Shown here: in pieces, positions 48,802 through 59,051 of the stretch
Layout: every line of letters starts with the position of its first letter
Numbering within the stretch: position 1 is the stretch's first letter
Source of the DNA: an uncultured Ruminococcus sp.
GTDB lineage: Bacteria; Bacillota; Clostridia; Oscillospirales; Ruminococcaceae
DNA: 64,000 bases
Direction of reading: 5' to 3'
Assembly (NCBI GenBank): GCA_900543145.1
Contig: UQPZ01000002.1
Location: 111,497 to 175,496 of the forward strand
Notes under the pieces: model-generated
Told to the model about the DNA's origin: nothing
Seen by the model: only the letters and a program-made list of their open reading frames with translations
Databases searched by the model: none
Position numbers and translations under genes: made by a program

Positions 48802-49239
48802 ATGAAACTGCTGATAAAAAGATTAAAGGAAAACGCTGTGCTGCCAAGGAGGGCAACAGAAGAGAGCGCAGGCTACGATCTGTCAGCCTGTATTGACGCT
48901 CCTCTGACTGTCAAGGCAGGGGAAACGGCTATGATTCCAACGGGACTCTCGGCACAGCTTTGCGGAGAGGAAAAATGCGTTCTGCTTATATACGCAAGAT
49001 CGTCGCTGGCGGCTAAGTTCGGACTTGCCCCTGCAAATTGTGTCGGAGTTGTAGATACCGACTACAGGGGGGAAATAATGATACCTCTGCATAATCATTC
49101 AAGCAAAGATTATACCGTTTCGCCCGGCGAAAGGACTGCACAGCTTGTGATTACGCCTATTTATACGCCTGAGGTCGAGGAAGCCGCAGAGCTTTCCGAT
49201 ACTGTTAGGGGAGTGGGCGGATTTGGCTCAACTAACTGA
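48802..49239 (+). CDS. dut: dUTP diphosphatase
   Basis: dUTPase motifs AGYDL and GVVDTDYRGEI, and a C-terminal RGVGGFGSTN motif V. Confidence 0.85.
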   Translation: MKLLIKRLKENAVLPRRATEESAGYDLSACIDAPLTVKAGETAMIPTGLSAQLCGEEKCVLLIYARSSLAAKFGLAPANCVGVVDTDYRGEIMIPLHNHSSKDYTVSPGERTAQLVITPIYTPEVEEAAELSDTVRGVGGFGSTN

Positions 49240-49261
49240 TTTACATTTGGAGGATAAGATA

Positions 49262-50443
49262 ATGAACGTTAAAAAGCTTGAGGAAGTCGGCGGAATTTTA
49301 GACGGACAGGTCGAGCGGGGCGATGTTGCAGGCGGCTCGGTTCTGGTCTTGCAGGACGGAAAGGAGATCTATCGTCATAACAGCGGAATGGCAGATATTG
49401 CGAGAAATATCCCTGTTGAAAGCGATACTATTTTTAGGATATATTCAATGACAAAACCTATAACGGCGGCGGCGCTTATGATTTTACACGACAGAGGTAT
49501 GTTTGATTTTGAGGACAGTATTGCGCAATATCTGCCGTTTTTCAAGAATATGACCGTTCTTGCCGAGGACGGAAAAATCGTTCCTGCAAAGCGTGAAATA
49601 ACTGTTCGTGAGGTCGTGAATATGACCTCGGGATTGGTTTATCCCGATATGTCTTATCCGGCAGGAATTAAAATGGAAGAAGTTTACCACAAATATTATG
49701 AGGAATGTGAAGCAGGCGCACGAATTTCAACCCGTGAACTTATGGAACGTGCGGCAAGATCTCCTCTTGCATTTCAGCCGGGCGAAAAGTGGCTTTACGG
49801 CATAGGCGCAGACGTGGCAGGTCTGCTTATTGAGGAGCTGAGCGGAAGGAGCTTTCGTGAATTCCTTAAAAAAGAGCTTTTCGAGCCGCTTGGAATGACT
49901 GATACGGATTTTTATGTGCCAAAGGAAAAGCTGTACAGATTTTCGGAAATGTATCTCTGGAACGATAATGAAAACCGCCTTGAGGTAATTCCATGGCAGC
50001 ATTTGGGCTTGAGAGGATTTTTCAAAGAACCTCCTGCATTTGAATCAGGCGGAGCGGGGCTTGTTTCAACCGCGGACGATTATGCAAAATTCGCATCAAT
50101 GCTTATTCACGGCGGAGTACATAACGGCACAAGGCTTCTGAGCGAAAATGCGGTAAAAATCATGACTACCGATCACCTTACCTTCGAGCAGAGAAAAACT
50201 CTTGACTGGGATCAGTGCAGGGGCTGCGGCTACAGCTGTCTGAACAGAGTTCTTACCGACCCGTCGGAGTGCGAGGGCGTAGGAAATATCGGCGAATACG
50301 GCTGGGACGGCTGGCTCGGAACATATTACTGCAACGATCCGGTTGATAAGATAACGCTTATCTATATGATCCAGCGCTGCGGCGGCTTCGGCTCGTATCC
50401 GTCAAGACAGATGAAGAAGATCATATATGAGGCATTGAAATAA
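49262..50443 (+). CDS. Beta-lactamase-family serine hydrolase (class C / DD-peptidase-like)
   Basis: SxxK motif YSMTKPI, a YxN-like region and an overall AmpC/EstB-like pattern. Start at MNVKKL after GGAGGA. Confidence 0.65.
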   Translation: MNVKKLEEVGGILDGQVERGDVAGGSVLVLQDGKEIYRHNSGMADIARNIPVESDTIFRIYSMTKPITAAALMILHDRGMFDFEDSIAQYLPFFKNMTVLAEDGKIVPAKREITVREVVNMTSGLVYPDMSYPAGIKMEEVYHKYYEECEAGARISTRELMERAARSPLAFQPGEKWLYGIGADVAGLLIEELSGRSFREFLKKELFEPLGMTDTDFYVPKEKLYRFSEMYLWNDNENRLEVIPWQHLGLRGFFKEPPAFESGGAGLVSTADDYAKFASMLIHGGVHNGTRLLSENAVKIMTTDHLTFEQRKTLDWDQCRGCGYSCLNRVLTDPSECEGVGNIGEYGWDGWLGTYYCNDPVDKITLIYMIQRCGGFGSYPSRQMKKIIYEALK

Positions 50444-50463
50444 AGACAAGAAAGTGAAGGATT

Positions 50464-50949
50464 ATGATAACTCAGTCAATACTTGAAGGTTATATAAAAC
50501 AGGCTGCTTCAGAGCTGTATTCAAAAGACAGCTATCTTATAGAATGTCAAGTCTGTGAGAGAAGCATTATGTATAAATTTGCTCATTATTTAGATAATTT
50601 GATAAGTAAAGATCCGGCTTTCTCTGGATATAACCTTGATTGCGAATACAACAGGGATATTTTGGATGTGAAGTGCATTGGTTATTGTTTAAACAGGGTT
50701 TATCCTGATATAATTATACATAAGCGAGGAACTAATAACGATAATTTACTGGTAATTGAATGTAAGACATGGTGGAATTCAAATACTGAAGATGATATAA
50801 AGAAAATAAACGCTTTTTTATCACCGAATGAGCAATATAATTATCAGTTTGGACTATGTCTCATATTTGAGGAATACAAAGAAAACATCAAATGGATAAC
50901 CTATGATAAAAAACTATATTACCGCGCATTAAAGGAGCTGTATAAATGA
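50464..50949 (+). CDS. Hypothetical protein with a PD-(D/E)xK nuclease-like motif, AT-rich
   Basis: YPDIIIHKRGTNNDNLLVIECK fits PD-x(n)-ExK. GC is far below that of its neighbours. The stop overlaps the next start (ATGA). Confidence 0.4.
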   Translation: MITQSILEGYIKQAASELYSKDSYLIECQVCERSIMYKFAHYLDNLISKDPAFSGYNLDCEYNRDILDVKCIGYCLNRVYPDIIIHKRGTNNDNLLVIECKTWWNSNTEDDIKKINAFLSPNEQYNYQFGLCLIFEEYKENIKWITYDKKLYYRALKELYK

Positions 50950-52097
50950 CAATATACAACGTAAAAATATACACCCAGAATAAAAACAGAGATATAATTG
51001 AAATTGGTTATGTAACCTTTGAAAACGGAGTTATTACGAAAATCGGTGCAGGAGCATATAACGAAATATCTGACGGTGATCTTGACGGAGAGGGAAAGAC
51101 CATTTATCCGGGCTTTATCGACGCTCACACCCATCTCGGACTGACTACAAACGGCGTGGGAGCGGAAAGCGAGGATTTTAATGAGGAAAGCGAGCCTGTT
51201 TCCCCTCAGCTCAGAATATGCGACGGAATAAATCCCTTTGATATAAGCTTTTCTGAGGCTGTCAAAGCAGGAATTACCGCTGCGGTTATTTCGCCCGGTT
51301 CTATGAATCCGATCGCAGGGGATATTGCGGCGGTTTCGACTGTGGGCAGACGTATCGACAAAATGCTTTTAAAAACCGTCGGAATGAAATTCGCACTGGG
51401 CGAAAACCCCAAGATGACATATATGAATCGTGACGAAACGCCGTGTACAAGAATGGCAATTGCGGCGATGATAAGAGAAACGCTTGCAAAGGCGAAACGA
51501 TATATGGAGGACAAGGAAGCGGCGGAGGAAAACGGTGATGATCCGCCCGATCTCGATATAAAGTCAGAAGCTTTGATCCCGCTGCTTAAACGTAAGGTCA
51601 AAGCGCATTTTCACTGTCACCGTGCGGACGATATTTTTACAGCTGTCAGAATTGCAAAGGAATTTAAGCTTGACTATGTGCTTGTCCACTGCACCGACGG
51701 TCATCTTATCGCAGACGAGCTTGCACAGGAAAACGCCTGTGCGGTCGTAGGTCCTGTAATGTGCGACGCCTGCAAGCCGGAGCTTGCTAATATTACTCCA
51801 AAAAACGCAGGAGTTTTGGCGCAAAGCGGAGTTAAAACTGCAGTATGTACCGATCATTCAGAAACTCCGATCCAGTATCTTACGCTGACCGTCGGGATAT
51901 GCATAAAACACGGTTTGGATCTTCAGAGTGCAGTTGACAGCATAACGATAAACGCTGCTGAAATTGCAGGAATTGACGATCTCTGCGGTTCGGTCGAGGT
52001 GGGAAAGCGCGCTGATTTGGTTATGTTCAGTGGTAATCCCTTTGAGGTAATGACAAGTCCGGAAGCGGTTTTCGTTGGCGGTATAAGGCAGCTTTAA
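50946..52097 (+). CDS. Amidohydrolase-family metal-dependent hydrolase
   Basis: HxH metal-binding motif GFIDAHTHLG, internal His residues in HCHRADD and LVHCTDGH, and Asp-containing VCTDHS. Confidence 0.65.
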   Translation: MTIYNVKIYTQNKNRDIIEIGYVTFENGVITKIGAGAYNEISDGDLDGEGKTIYPGFIDAHTHLGLTTNGVGAESEDFNEESEPVSPQLRICDGINPFDISFSEAVKAGITAAVISPGSMNPIAGDIAAVSTVGRRIDKMLLKTVGMKFALGENPKMTYMNRDETPCTRMAIAAMIRETLAKAKRYMEDKEAAEENGDDPPDLDIKSEALIPLLKRKVKAHFHCHRADDIFTAVRIAKEFKLDYVLVHCTDGHLIADELAQENACAVVGPVMCDACKPELANITPKNAGVLAQSGVKTAVCTDHSETPIQYLTLTVGICIKHGLDLQSAVDSITINAAEIAGIDDLCGSVEVGKRADLVMFSGNPFEVMTSPEAVFVGGIRQL

Positions 52098-52109
52098 TAG
52101 GAGAGAGAA

Positions 52110-52643
52110 ATGCATACGGGAATTATTATTTATCAATCAAAATACGGGGCAACTGAAAAATATGCGAAGTGGCTTGCTCAGGCAACGGGATATGAATATA
52201 TAGAAACGCCTAAAGCCTCAATAAGCGAGATCGTTAAGTATGAAGAAATAATATTATGCGGCGGAATATATGCTTCGGGAATAGCAGGATTGGGCTTTTT
52301 GAAAAAGAATTACAGCAGGCTCAGCAATAAAAGAACTGCCGTTTTCTGCGTAGGCGCATCTCCGTTTGACCAAAAGGCATTTGAAGAATTAAGGGCGTTT
52401 AATTTAAAGGGTGAATTAAAGAATATTCCGTTGTTCTACGGCAGAGGGGCGTGGAATGAAGAGAAAATGAGTTTTAAAGACCGTACATTATGCAGGCTGC
52501 TGCAAAAAGCGGTTGCTAAAAAAGCTCCAAACGAGCTTGAACCGTGGATGAAAGCCTTAATGTGTGCCGCCGGTCAGAAATGCGACTGGACTGATAAAGC
52601 TTATTTAACCCCCTTGATCGAGTATATTTATGCGAAAAATTAA
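52110..52643 (+). CDS. Flavodoxin-like domain protein
   Basis: Flavodoxin-fold N-terminus MHTGIIIYQSKYGATEKYAKWLA. Confidence 0.5.
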   Translation: MHTGIIIYQSKYGATEKYAKWLAQATGYEYIETPKASISEIVKYEEIILCGGIYASGIAGLGFLKKNYSRLSNKRTAVFCVGASPFDQKAFEELRAFNLKGELKNIPLFYGRGAWNEEKMSFKDRTLCRLLQKAVAKKAPNELEPWMKALMCAAGQKCDWTDKAYLTPLIEYIYAKN

Positions 52644-52660
52644 TATAAAAGGTGATATTA

Positions 52661-53503
52661 ATGAGAGAAATTAACGTATCGGAAGTTGAAAATGCGGTAA
52701 GAGATCTGTGCATTAAGGCTAATCTCTATCTTCCCAAGGATATGGAAGAGTGCATAAGGTGCGGCGCGGCGGCTGAAAAATCTCCCGTAGGAAAAAATGT
52801 TTTTGACGATATTATCGACAATATAAATGTTGCAAGAAATGAAACTATTCCGATTTGTCAGGACTGCGGAATGGCAGTCGTATTTATGGAGATCGGTCAG
52901 GACGTTCACTTCGTCGGCGGCTCGCTTAACGAGGCGATAAACAAGGGCGTTGCAAGAGGCTACACAGAGGGCAGGCTGCGCTGTTCTGTAGTTTCCGATC
53001 CGCTTGAGCGTGTAAACACAGGAGATAACACTCCTGCCGTTGTTCATCTGAAAATAACCGAAGGTGAAAGCGTTAAGATCATGGTCGCACCTAAGGGCTT
53101 CGGAAGCGAGAATATGTCGCAGCTTAAAATGATGACGCCGTCGGTCACAGCTGACGAGATCGTCGATTGGGTAGTCGGCGTTTGCGCAGCGGCAGGTTCT
53201 AACCCCTGTCCTCCGATTGTAATTGGTGTGGGCATTGGCGGAGATTTTGAAAAGTGCGCTTATCTTGCAAAAAAAGCGCTTTGCAGAAGCGTAAGCATAA
53301 GAAATCCCAAGCCGCTTTATGCAGAGCTTGAGAAAAAAATGCTTGAAGGGATAAATAAGCTTGGAATAGGCCCTCAGGGCTTCGGCGGAACTCAGACCTG
53401 TCTTGCGGTAAATATAGAAGAAGCCCCAACGCATATCGCAGGACTTCCCGTTTCGGTAAATGTCGGCTGTCATGTTACAAGACACGCTCATACCGTATTA
53501 TAG
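52661..53503 (+). CDS. Fe-S hydro-lyase, tartrate/fumarate family alpha subunit (class I fumarate hydratase alpha domain)
   Basis: About 280 aa with Cys ligand candidates in ICQDCG and the PxCPPIVIGVGIGG region typical of FumA/TtdA catalytic subunits. No beta-subunit gene is adjacent. The 277-aa antisense ORF 52658..53491 is rejected. Confidence 0.6.
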   Translation: MREINVSEVENAVRDLCIKANLYLPKDMEECIRCGAAAEKSPVGKNVFDDIIDNINVARNETIPICQDCGMAVVFMEIGQDVHFVGGSLNEAINKGVARGYTEGRLRCSVVSDPLERVNTGDNTPAVVHLKITEGESVKIMVAPKGFGSENMSQLKMMTPSVTADEIVDWVVGVCAAAGSNPCPPIVIGVGIGGDFEKCAYLAKKALCRSVSIRNPKPLYAELEKKMLEGINKLGIGPQGFGGTQTCLAVNIEEAPTHIAGLPVSVNVGCHVTRHAHTVL

Positions 53504-54823
53504 CCGTCGTTTTTTATGCTCGGCAACGGCTTCGTTTGAAAGCAGCAGCAGAGCGGTAATGTTAGGTATGGCCATAAGACCGTTGAAAATATCGGATATT
53601 TCCCAAACTATCGAAATAGAGGTAACAGCGCCGGCGTAAGCACAGGCAAGAAAAATCAGCTTATAAAGACTGCTGCGCCGTGGAAGCAGGTATTCCCATG
53701 CTTTAAGTCCGATGAAAAACCAGCCGATTATTGTTGCAAAAGCGAAAAGCACTATAGATACGCCTATAAAGGCTTCCCCGAAGCTTCCAAGCCCTGTGCC
53801 GAAGGCCTTGCAGATAACCTCCGCCGAGCCGTCCTTTATATCGGTTCCGCTTGTAAAAAGCACCAGCGCAGTCAGGGTGCAGATTATCATGGTATCTATA
53901 AAGACCTCTGCCATTCCCCAAGTACCCTGAGTTTTCGGATCCTTTATCTCGCAGGAGCTGTGAACAGCGACGGTCGAGCCAAGACCCGCTTCGTTTGAGA
54001 ACGCACCTCTCTTCAGTCCGATAACAATTGCGGAATTTACCAGAAAACCTGAAAATCCGCCGGCTGCCGAGCGAAAATTAAAAGCTTCCTTGAAAATATC
54101 GGAAACGGCAGAGGGAAGAAATTCGTAATTTCTGCATATAACTATTAGTGAGCCTCCGATATAAAAAACCGACATCAGAGGAACCAGCCGCTCGGTAACC
54201 TTACCAAGCCGCTTTCCTCCGGATACCGTAAAGGCTGTAAGCAGAACTGTCGCTCCGGCGGCGGCATATGCCGGAAGAGCAAAACTTCCGCTGCATACTG
54301 ATACGATAGAGTTGCTCTGCGCCATACAGCCCATTCCAAGTGAGGCAAGAGTGCAGAAAACTGCGAAAATTACGGCGAGCCATCTTGAATCCAGACCGTT
54401 TTCCATATAGCTCATTGCGCCCTTGACCTTTGAGTTTTTGCAGTATTTTACGCCGAGGATATTTTCGGTATAGGAAAGCGCCATTCCGAAGAAGGCTGAT
54501 ATCCAGAGCCAGAAAACAGCTCCCCGTCCTCCTGCTGCAACTGCGGTTCCGACTCCGGCTATGCTTCCTGTTCCGACGGTTGCGGCAAGAGCCGTTGAAA
54601 AGCCCTGGAGCTGCGAAAAAGCGCCCTTTGAACCGGCGGAAGCAGGATCGGGATTCTTTTTGAAAAGTGTTCCGATCGTGTTTCTGAAGATTTTTATTAT
54701 ATGTATCTGGGGGAAACCCATTCTGACGGAGAGATATATTCCCGACGCCAGCATTAATATAAGCACGGGGTAGCCCCAGATCAAAGAGGAAAGCTTCTGA
54801 CAAATCAGGCTTATTCTGTCCAT
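53498..54823 (-). CDS. Alanine/glycine:cation symporter (AGCS) family transporter
   Basis: Multi-TM protein with the AGCS-typical segment GGRGAVFWLWISAFFGMAL. Confidence 0.8.
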   Translation of the reverse strand: MDRISLICQKLSSLIWGYPVLILMLASGIYLSVRMGFPQIHIIKIFRNTIGTLFKKNPDPASAGSKGAFSQLQGFSTALAATVGTGSIAGVGTAVAAGGRGAVFWLWISAFFGMALSYTENILGVKYCKNSKVKGAMSYMENGLDSRWLAVIFAVFCTLASLGMGCMAQSNSIVSVCSGSFALPAYAAAGATVLLTAFTVSGGKRLGKVTERLVPLMSVFYIGGSLIVICRNYEFLPSAVSDIFKEAFNFRSAAGGFSGFLVNSAIVIGLKRGAFSNEAGLGSTVAVHSSCEIKDPKTQGTWGMAEVFIDTMIICTLTALVLFTSGTDIKDGSAEVICKAFGTGLGSFGEAFIGVSIVLFAFATIIGWFFIGLKAWEYLLPRRSSLYKLIFLACAYAGAVTSISIVWEISDIFNGLMAIPNITALLLLSNEAVAEHKKRRL

Positions 54824-54958
54824 TGAAAAAGTTCCTTTCTGTTTGAAAGACTGTCAGTAAATGATATGCCTGTCTTAATAAATTTATACCCTTGTCTGTT
54901 TGTGCTTTTGGTCAGACTGCTTGAGGCCGGAGGTTTCGGCTGAGAAAGGACGGATATT

Positions 54959-55408
54959 ATGTATAAATACAAGCCTGCGAAAAGAGCCGCGGCGTCTATA
55001 TATATTCTGCTGACCCTTGTTCTCGTTGCGGTAACAGCGGCGATATTCCTGCTTATTCCGCTTATCGGCGAATATGATATATATGCGGCGGCAGCTTACT
55101 GGGCAGTTCATGCATTTTTTTCCTGCGTGCTTATTCCTATGTATTTCAGGCATTCGAGAATAAGCATTACTCATGACGAGATCGTACAGTACAGCGGAAT
55201 GCTGACTCTTACCAGTGAGTTTATGCCTATGGAATCGGTAAAATCCGTAACTACTGTAATAACTCCGCTGAGCAGGTTTACCGGATTGAATTTTATTATC
55301 ATAAACGCTCTCGGCTCAAAGATATTGCTGCCTTTTATGAGAAAGGACGACTGTTTGGAGGCTACGAGGTATATAAATGATATTATAAGAAGCAGAAAAC
55401 CTCAGTAA
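54959..55408 (+). CDS. Bacterial PH-domain (bPH_2) membrane protein, YdbS-like
   Basis: Two N-terminal TM helices followed by a PH-like domain, paired with a YdbT-like gene. Confidence 0.5.
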   Translation: MYKYKPAKRAAASIYILLTLVLVAVTAAIFLLIPLIGEYDIYAAAAYWAVHAFFSCVLIPMYFRHSRISITHDEIVQYSGMLTLTSEFMPMESVKSVTTVITPLSRFTGLNFIIINALGSKILLPFMRKDDCLEATRYINDIIRSRKPQ

Positions 55409-55455
55409 AGCCTGCCGCTGATAATAAGCCGGCGGATAAAAAGGACGGTGTTTAT

Positions 55456-56997
55456 TTGAACAGACCTCAGGCGGCTCTGGCTGCCGCAAAGGAGAAAAGA
55501 AGCTGGCTGAAGTCGTTTTTCAGACACAGACAGCATCCGATAAAAATAATAAACTATACTTCAAAGAATATATGGCTGCTGCTTATCCCCGTTACGAAGT
55601 ATCTGGCAGCGGCTCAGTTTGATTTTCAAAGCTGGATAAGAACCAACTGGCTGGATATTCTGACTATTGCCGCGATATTTGCGTTTGCGGTGCTGCGTTG
55701 GATTTTTGTTTACTATGAGATAGAAGAGGACGGGATCATTGCTCATACCGGACTTTTCGGCATTCTTACGACGAAGGTCTATTTCAGCGAGATAACTACG
55801 TTTTCATGTACCCAGAGTTATATATACAATGCTGTTAATGCCTGTACTATGTTTATCGAAACCAACGCCGATTCCCTTCCTAAAACAGATATTAAGCTAG
55901 TGCTTTCGGAACGGTGCGTCAATGAGATATACGAGGCGGTCACGGCTCAGGGAAGAAAGCTTCCAAAGTTTTCAGTATCGCCCAAAAAGACCTATCTGCT
56001 TATTTTTTCCCTGCTGTTTTCATCAACTCTTTCAGGAATGATACTTTTCGGAACGTTTATGTTTGAGGTATACAGGCTTGTGGGAAAAGAGCTGGGCATA
56101 AAAATGGAGGAGCAGTTTATCCGTAAGGTAAACGGCGAGATAATAAGGATCGACAATCAGCTGCTTAGGCTTTCAAGCACTATTCCTAAAGCGGTGCTTG
56201 TTCTGGCAGGAATAGTAATGGGAGGCTGGATACTGTCGTTTACGGCAAATCTTATGAGACACTGGAGCTTTACAGCTACCCGGTGCGGCTCTCAGCTTAT
56301 AATACAAAGCGGTATAGCAACTAAAAGAAAGCACGTTATAAACCGTGAAAAGGTAAATTTTCTTGACTTTCAGCAGACCTTGCTCATGAGGATCTTCAGA
56401 ATATGCTCGGTAACGCTTTACTGTACAGGCTACGGAAAGAAAAGGCGTGAGATATCGGCGCTTATACCGATAACTACAGACAGCGAAATGTGGGCGTCGC
56501 TCAAAATTCTCGAGCCGAACGTACCTAAGCCCAAAACCGAAATATCCACGGGCAGGCATGATCTTATGCGTTTTATGCTTATACCTGCGCTGTTCTGCTT
56601 TATACCTCCGGCTGCGGGTACGGCTGCAAAGCTTATTTTTGAAAAATGGCATACAGAGATAAATATAATTATGGCGCTTGCGGTCATTCCGTTTATATGG
56701 CTGCTGATAGTTCAGATAAACGCGGCGTTTTCTACAGAGCTTGGCTTCAAAAACGGTTATTGTACGCTGGTTTACTGTCCGTGGTATCAGTTTCATAAGA
56801 TCGTGCTGCCTAAAAAGAATATAAGCAAGATCTCGGTTTCCAGGAATATTTTTCAGAGAAGAAACGGAACCTGTACCTTGAAGGTATATACCAATGCGGA
56901 AAAAACCAAATATCATAAGGTAAAAAGTCTGCCGTACGACAGGGTCATGGATATATGTATCCGCGAAGGCTATCTTATGGAAACACAGAAACTATAA
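55456..56997 (+). CDS. YdbT-like membrane protein with repeated bPH_2 domains
   Basis: 513 aa with alternating TM pairs and PH-like modules. The 247-aa antisense ORF 56173..56916 is rejected. Confidence 0.5.
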   Translation: MNRPQAALAAAKEKRSWLKSFFRHRQHPIKIINYTSKNIWLLLIPVTKYLAAAQFDFQSWIRTNWLDILTIAAIFAFAVLRWIFVYYEIEEDGIIAHTGLFGILTTKVYFSEITTFSCTQSYIYNAVNACTMFIETNADSLPKTDIKLVLSERCVNEIYEAVTAQGRKLPKFSVSPKKTYLLIFSLLFSSTLSGMILFGTFMFEVYRLVGKELGIKMEEQFIRKVNGEIIRIDNQLLRLSSTIPKAVLVLAGIVMGGWILSFTANLMRHWSFTATRCGSQLIIQSGIATKRKHVINREKVNFLDFQQTLLMRIFRICSVTLYCTGYGKKRREISALIPITTDSEMWASLKILEPNVPKPKTEISTGRHDLMRFMLIPALFCFIPPAAGTAAKLIFEKWHTEINIIMALAVIPFIWLLIVQINAAFSTELGFKNGYCTLVYCPWYQFHKIVLPKKNISKISVSRNIFQRRNGTCTLKVYTNAEKTKYHKVKSLPYDRVMDICIREGYLMETQKL

Positions 56998-57021
56998 TTC
57001 AAGAAGAAGGGAGGGAACGGT

Positions 57022-59049
57022 ATGGCAAAATTTGACGCCGGCATGCAGCCGCTGCTGGATACGTTTATTTTTGAAACGGACGAGCTTCTGGAAGGTCTGG
57101 ACGAAATACTGATGCGGACTGAAAAGGGGGAGCTTAGCGGCGAGGATATCGGGGAAATATTCCGTATAATGCATACCGTCAAAGGCTCGGCGGCGATGAT
57201 GGGACTTAATAATATGTCCGTTCTCGCTCATGCAGTAGAGGATCTGTTTTCGGTTATACGGGAGGATCCTTCGGTAAGTTATGATAAAACAAGGCTTTAC
57301 GAGCTTTTATTTGAAAGCTCCGACTGTCTTAAAAATGAAATGAGCACGATAAGCGACGAGGCCTGTGAGCCAACGGATTTTTCCAGGCTGGCGGCTGTTA
57401 TACGGTCGTTTGCTGATGAAATGAAAGGCGGCGCAAGCTTACAGACCTCTGCGGCTTTAACCGCTAATGAGCTTTTTCCTGAGGAAGAAAACGAAAATAT
57501 GAGAACCTTTAAGGTCGTATACGAGGACGGCTGTCTTATGCAGGCCGTAAGGGCAATGGTTCTGATAAAGGCGCTGGGCGGCTGTTCCGAGGTATGCTCA
57601 ACTGTGCCGGCAGATCTTGACAGCGACTCGGCAGGGGATATAATAGCGGCGAACGGACTTTACATAAAGCTTATTACCGACGATACCGAAAAGGTTATGG
57701 AAGTTCTCAAAAACGGAATGAGCGTAGCTTCGGCAGAGGAAATAAAGCGTCCCGTGGTAAGCAAGCCACAGGAAAAACAGCAGGCTGATAAACCGGCGGT
57801 TTTGCCGCAGAATGAAAAGAAGAATTCACAGAGCAGCATTATCTCGGTTCGTCTTGAAAAGCTGGACAGGCTGCTTGACCTGGTAAGTGAGATAGTTATA
57901 GCTGAGTCGTCGGTTACCTCAAGTCCCGATCTCAAAAATATAAACGCTAAGCTTGATCGGTTCAGAAAGGCATCTAGAGAGCTTAAAAAACTGACAGACG
58001 AGCTTCAGGACGTTGTAATGTCTATAAGAATGGTCCCTGTATCAACGGTTTTTACTAAGATGAGCAGAATAGTCAGGGATATGAACAAAAAGCTTGGAAA
58101 GAATGCAGAGCTTGTTTTTAAGGGAGAGGAAACCGAGGTCGATAAGTCGGTAGCCGATATTCTTGGCGATCCGCTTATGCATATAATCAGGAATGCTATA
58201 GACCACGGAATAGAAACCGACAGCGAACGTGCGGCTGCGGGAAAGACCGAACCCGCCAGGGTAGTTCTTTCGGCAGGCTATGAAAGCTCCGAGGTAGTAA
58301 TAAAATGCTCGGACAACGGAGCGGGAATGGATCCAAAAAAGCTTTTGGCGAAGGCAAGGAAAAACGGAATCTTAACTAAGCCGGAAAGCGAATACACTGA
58401 AAGCGAATGCTATAATTTTATTATGAAGGCAGGCTTTTCGACCAATGAGCAGGTAACGGAGTTTTCCGGAAGGGGTGTGGGAATGGACGTTGTACGCCGG
58501 AATATAGAAAAGGTCGGCGGAAAAATAAACGTCAGCTCCGAATACGGCTCAGGTTCGGAGTTTGTTATAAGAATACCCCTGTCGCTTTCCATCATAGACG
58601 TACTCGGCGTTTCAGCGGGAGGCGGCAGCTTCTCAGTTCCGGCTTCCTCGGTTAGAGAGGTTTTCAGGGCGCGTGATGAGCAGCTTATAAATGATCCCGG
58701 CGGAACTGAGCTTGTAATGCTGAGAGGAAAATGCCTGAGGGTAATAAGGCTTTCGGAGGCTTTCGGTTTTGGATCTCAGCGCCCTGAGCTTACGGGCGGA
58801 ATAATGCTTTATTGTTCGGAAGAGGGAAGAGAAGCGGTGATTTTTGCGGACGAGCTAACCGCTGATCAGCAGGTCGTAGTAAAGCCTTTTTCGCCGCTGC
58901 TGTCCGGATTTAACCTTAAGGAGAACGGACTTACCGGCTGTTCAGTACTTGCAGACGGAAGTATAACGCTTATAACCGATGTAAATGAAATATTTAAGAC
59001 GCAGGGTATTCAGGGTACGGACACAGATGACAGGCAGGGAGGTTTTTAG
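57022..59049 (+). CDS. cheA: Chemotaxis histidine kinase CheA
   Basis: Hpt motif HTVKGSAAMMG, HATPase motifs DHGIE, SDNGAGMD and GRGVGMDVV, and a C-terminal CheW-like domain. Confidence 0.9.
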   Translation: MAKFDAGMQPLLDTFIFETDELLEGLDEILMRTEKGELSGEDIGEIFRIMHTVKGSAAMMGLNNMSVLAHAVEDLFSVIREDPSVSYDKTRLYELLFESSDCLKNEMSTISDEACEPTDFSRLAAVIRSFADEMKGGASLQTSAALTANELFPEEENENMRTFKVVYEDGCLMQAVRAMVLIKALGGCSEVCSTVPADLDSDSAGDIIAANGLYIKLITDDTEKVMEVLKNGMSVASAEEIKRPVVSKPQEKQQADKPAVLPQNEKKNSQSSIISVRLEKLDRLLDLVSEIVIAESSVTSSPDLKNINAKLDRFRKASRELKKLTDELQDVVMSIRMVPVSTVFTKMSRIVRDMNKKLGKNAELVFKGEETEVDKSVADILGDPLMHIIRNAIDHGIETDSERAAAGKTEPARVVLSAGYESSEVVIKCSDNGAGMDPKKLLAKARKNGILTKPESEYTESECYNFIMKAGFSTNEQVTEFSGRGVGMDVVRRNIEKVGGKINVSSEYGSGSEFVIRIPLSLSIIDVLGVSAGGGSFSVPASSVREVFRARDEQLINDPGGTELVMLRGKCLRVIRLSEAFGFGSQRPELTGGIMLYCSEEGREAVIFADELTADQQVVVKPFSPLLSGFNLKENGLTGCSVLADGSITLITDVNEIFKTQGIQGTDTDDRQGGF

Positions 59050-59051
59050 GA

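Noticed and set aside
52658-53491. 277-aa ORF antisense to the fumarate hydratase alpha gene
   Set aside because: It mirrors the conserved plus-strand gene and has no RBS or recognisable domains.
54201-54803. 200-aa alternative-frame ORF within the AGCS transporter gene
   Set aside because: It overlaps the conserved transporter reading frame on the same strand, and its translation is Arg-rich low-complexity.
56173-56916. 247-aa ORF antisense to the ydbT-like gene
   Set aside because: It is an antisense artefact with an Arg/Lys-rich low-complexity translation.
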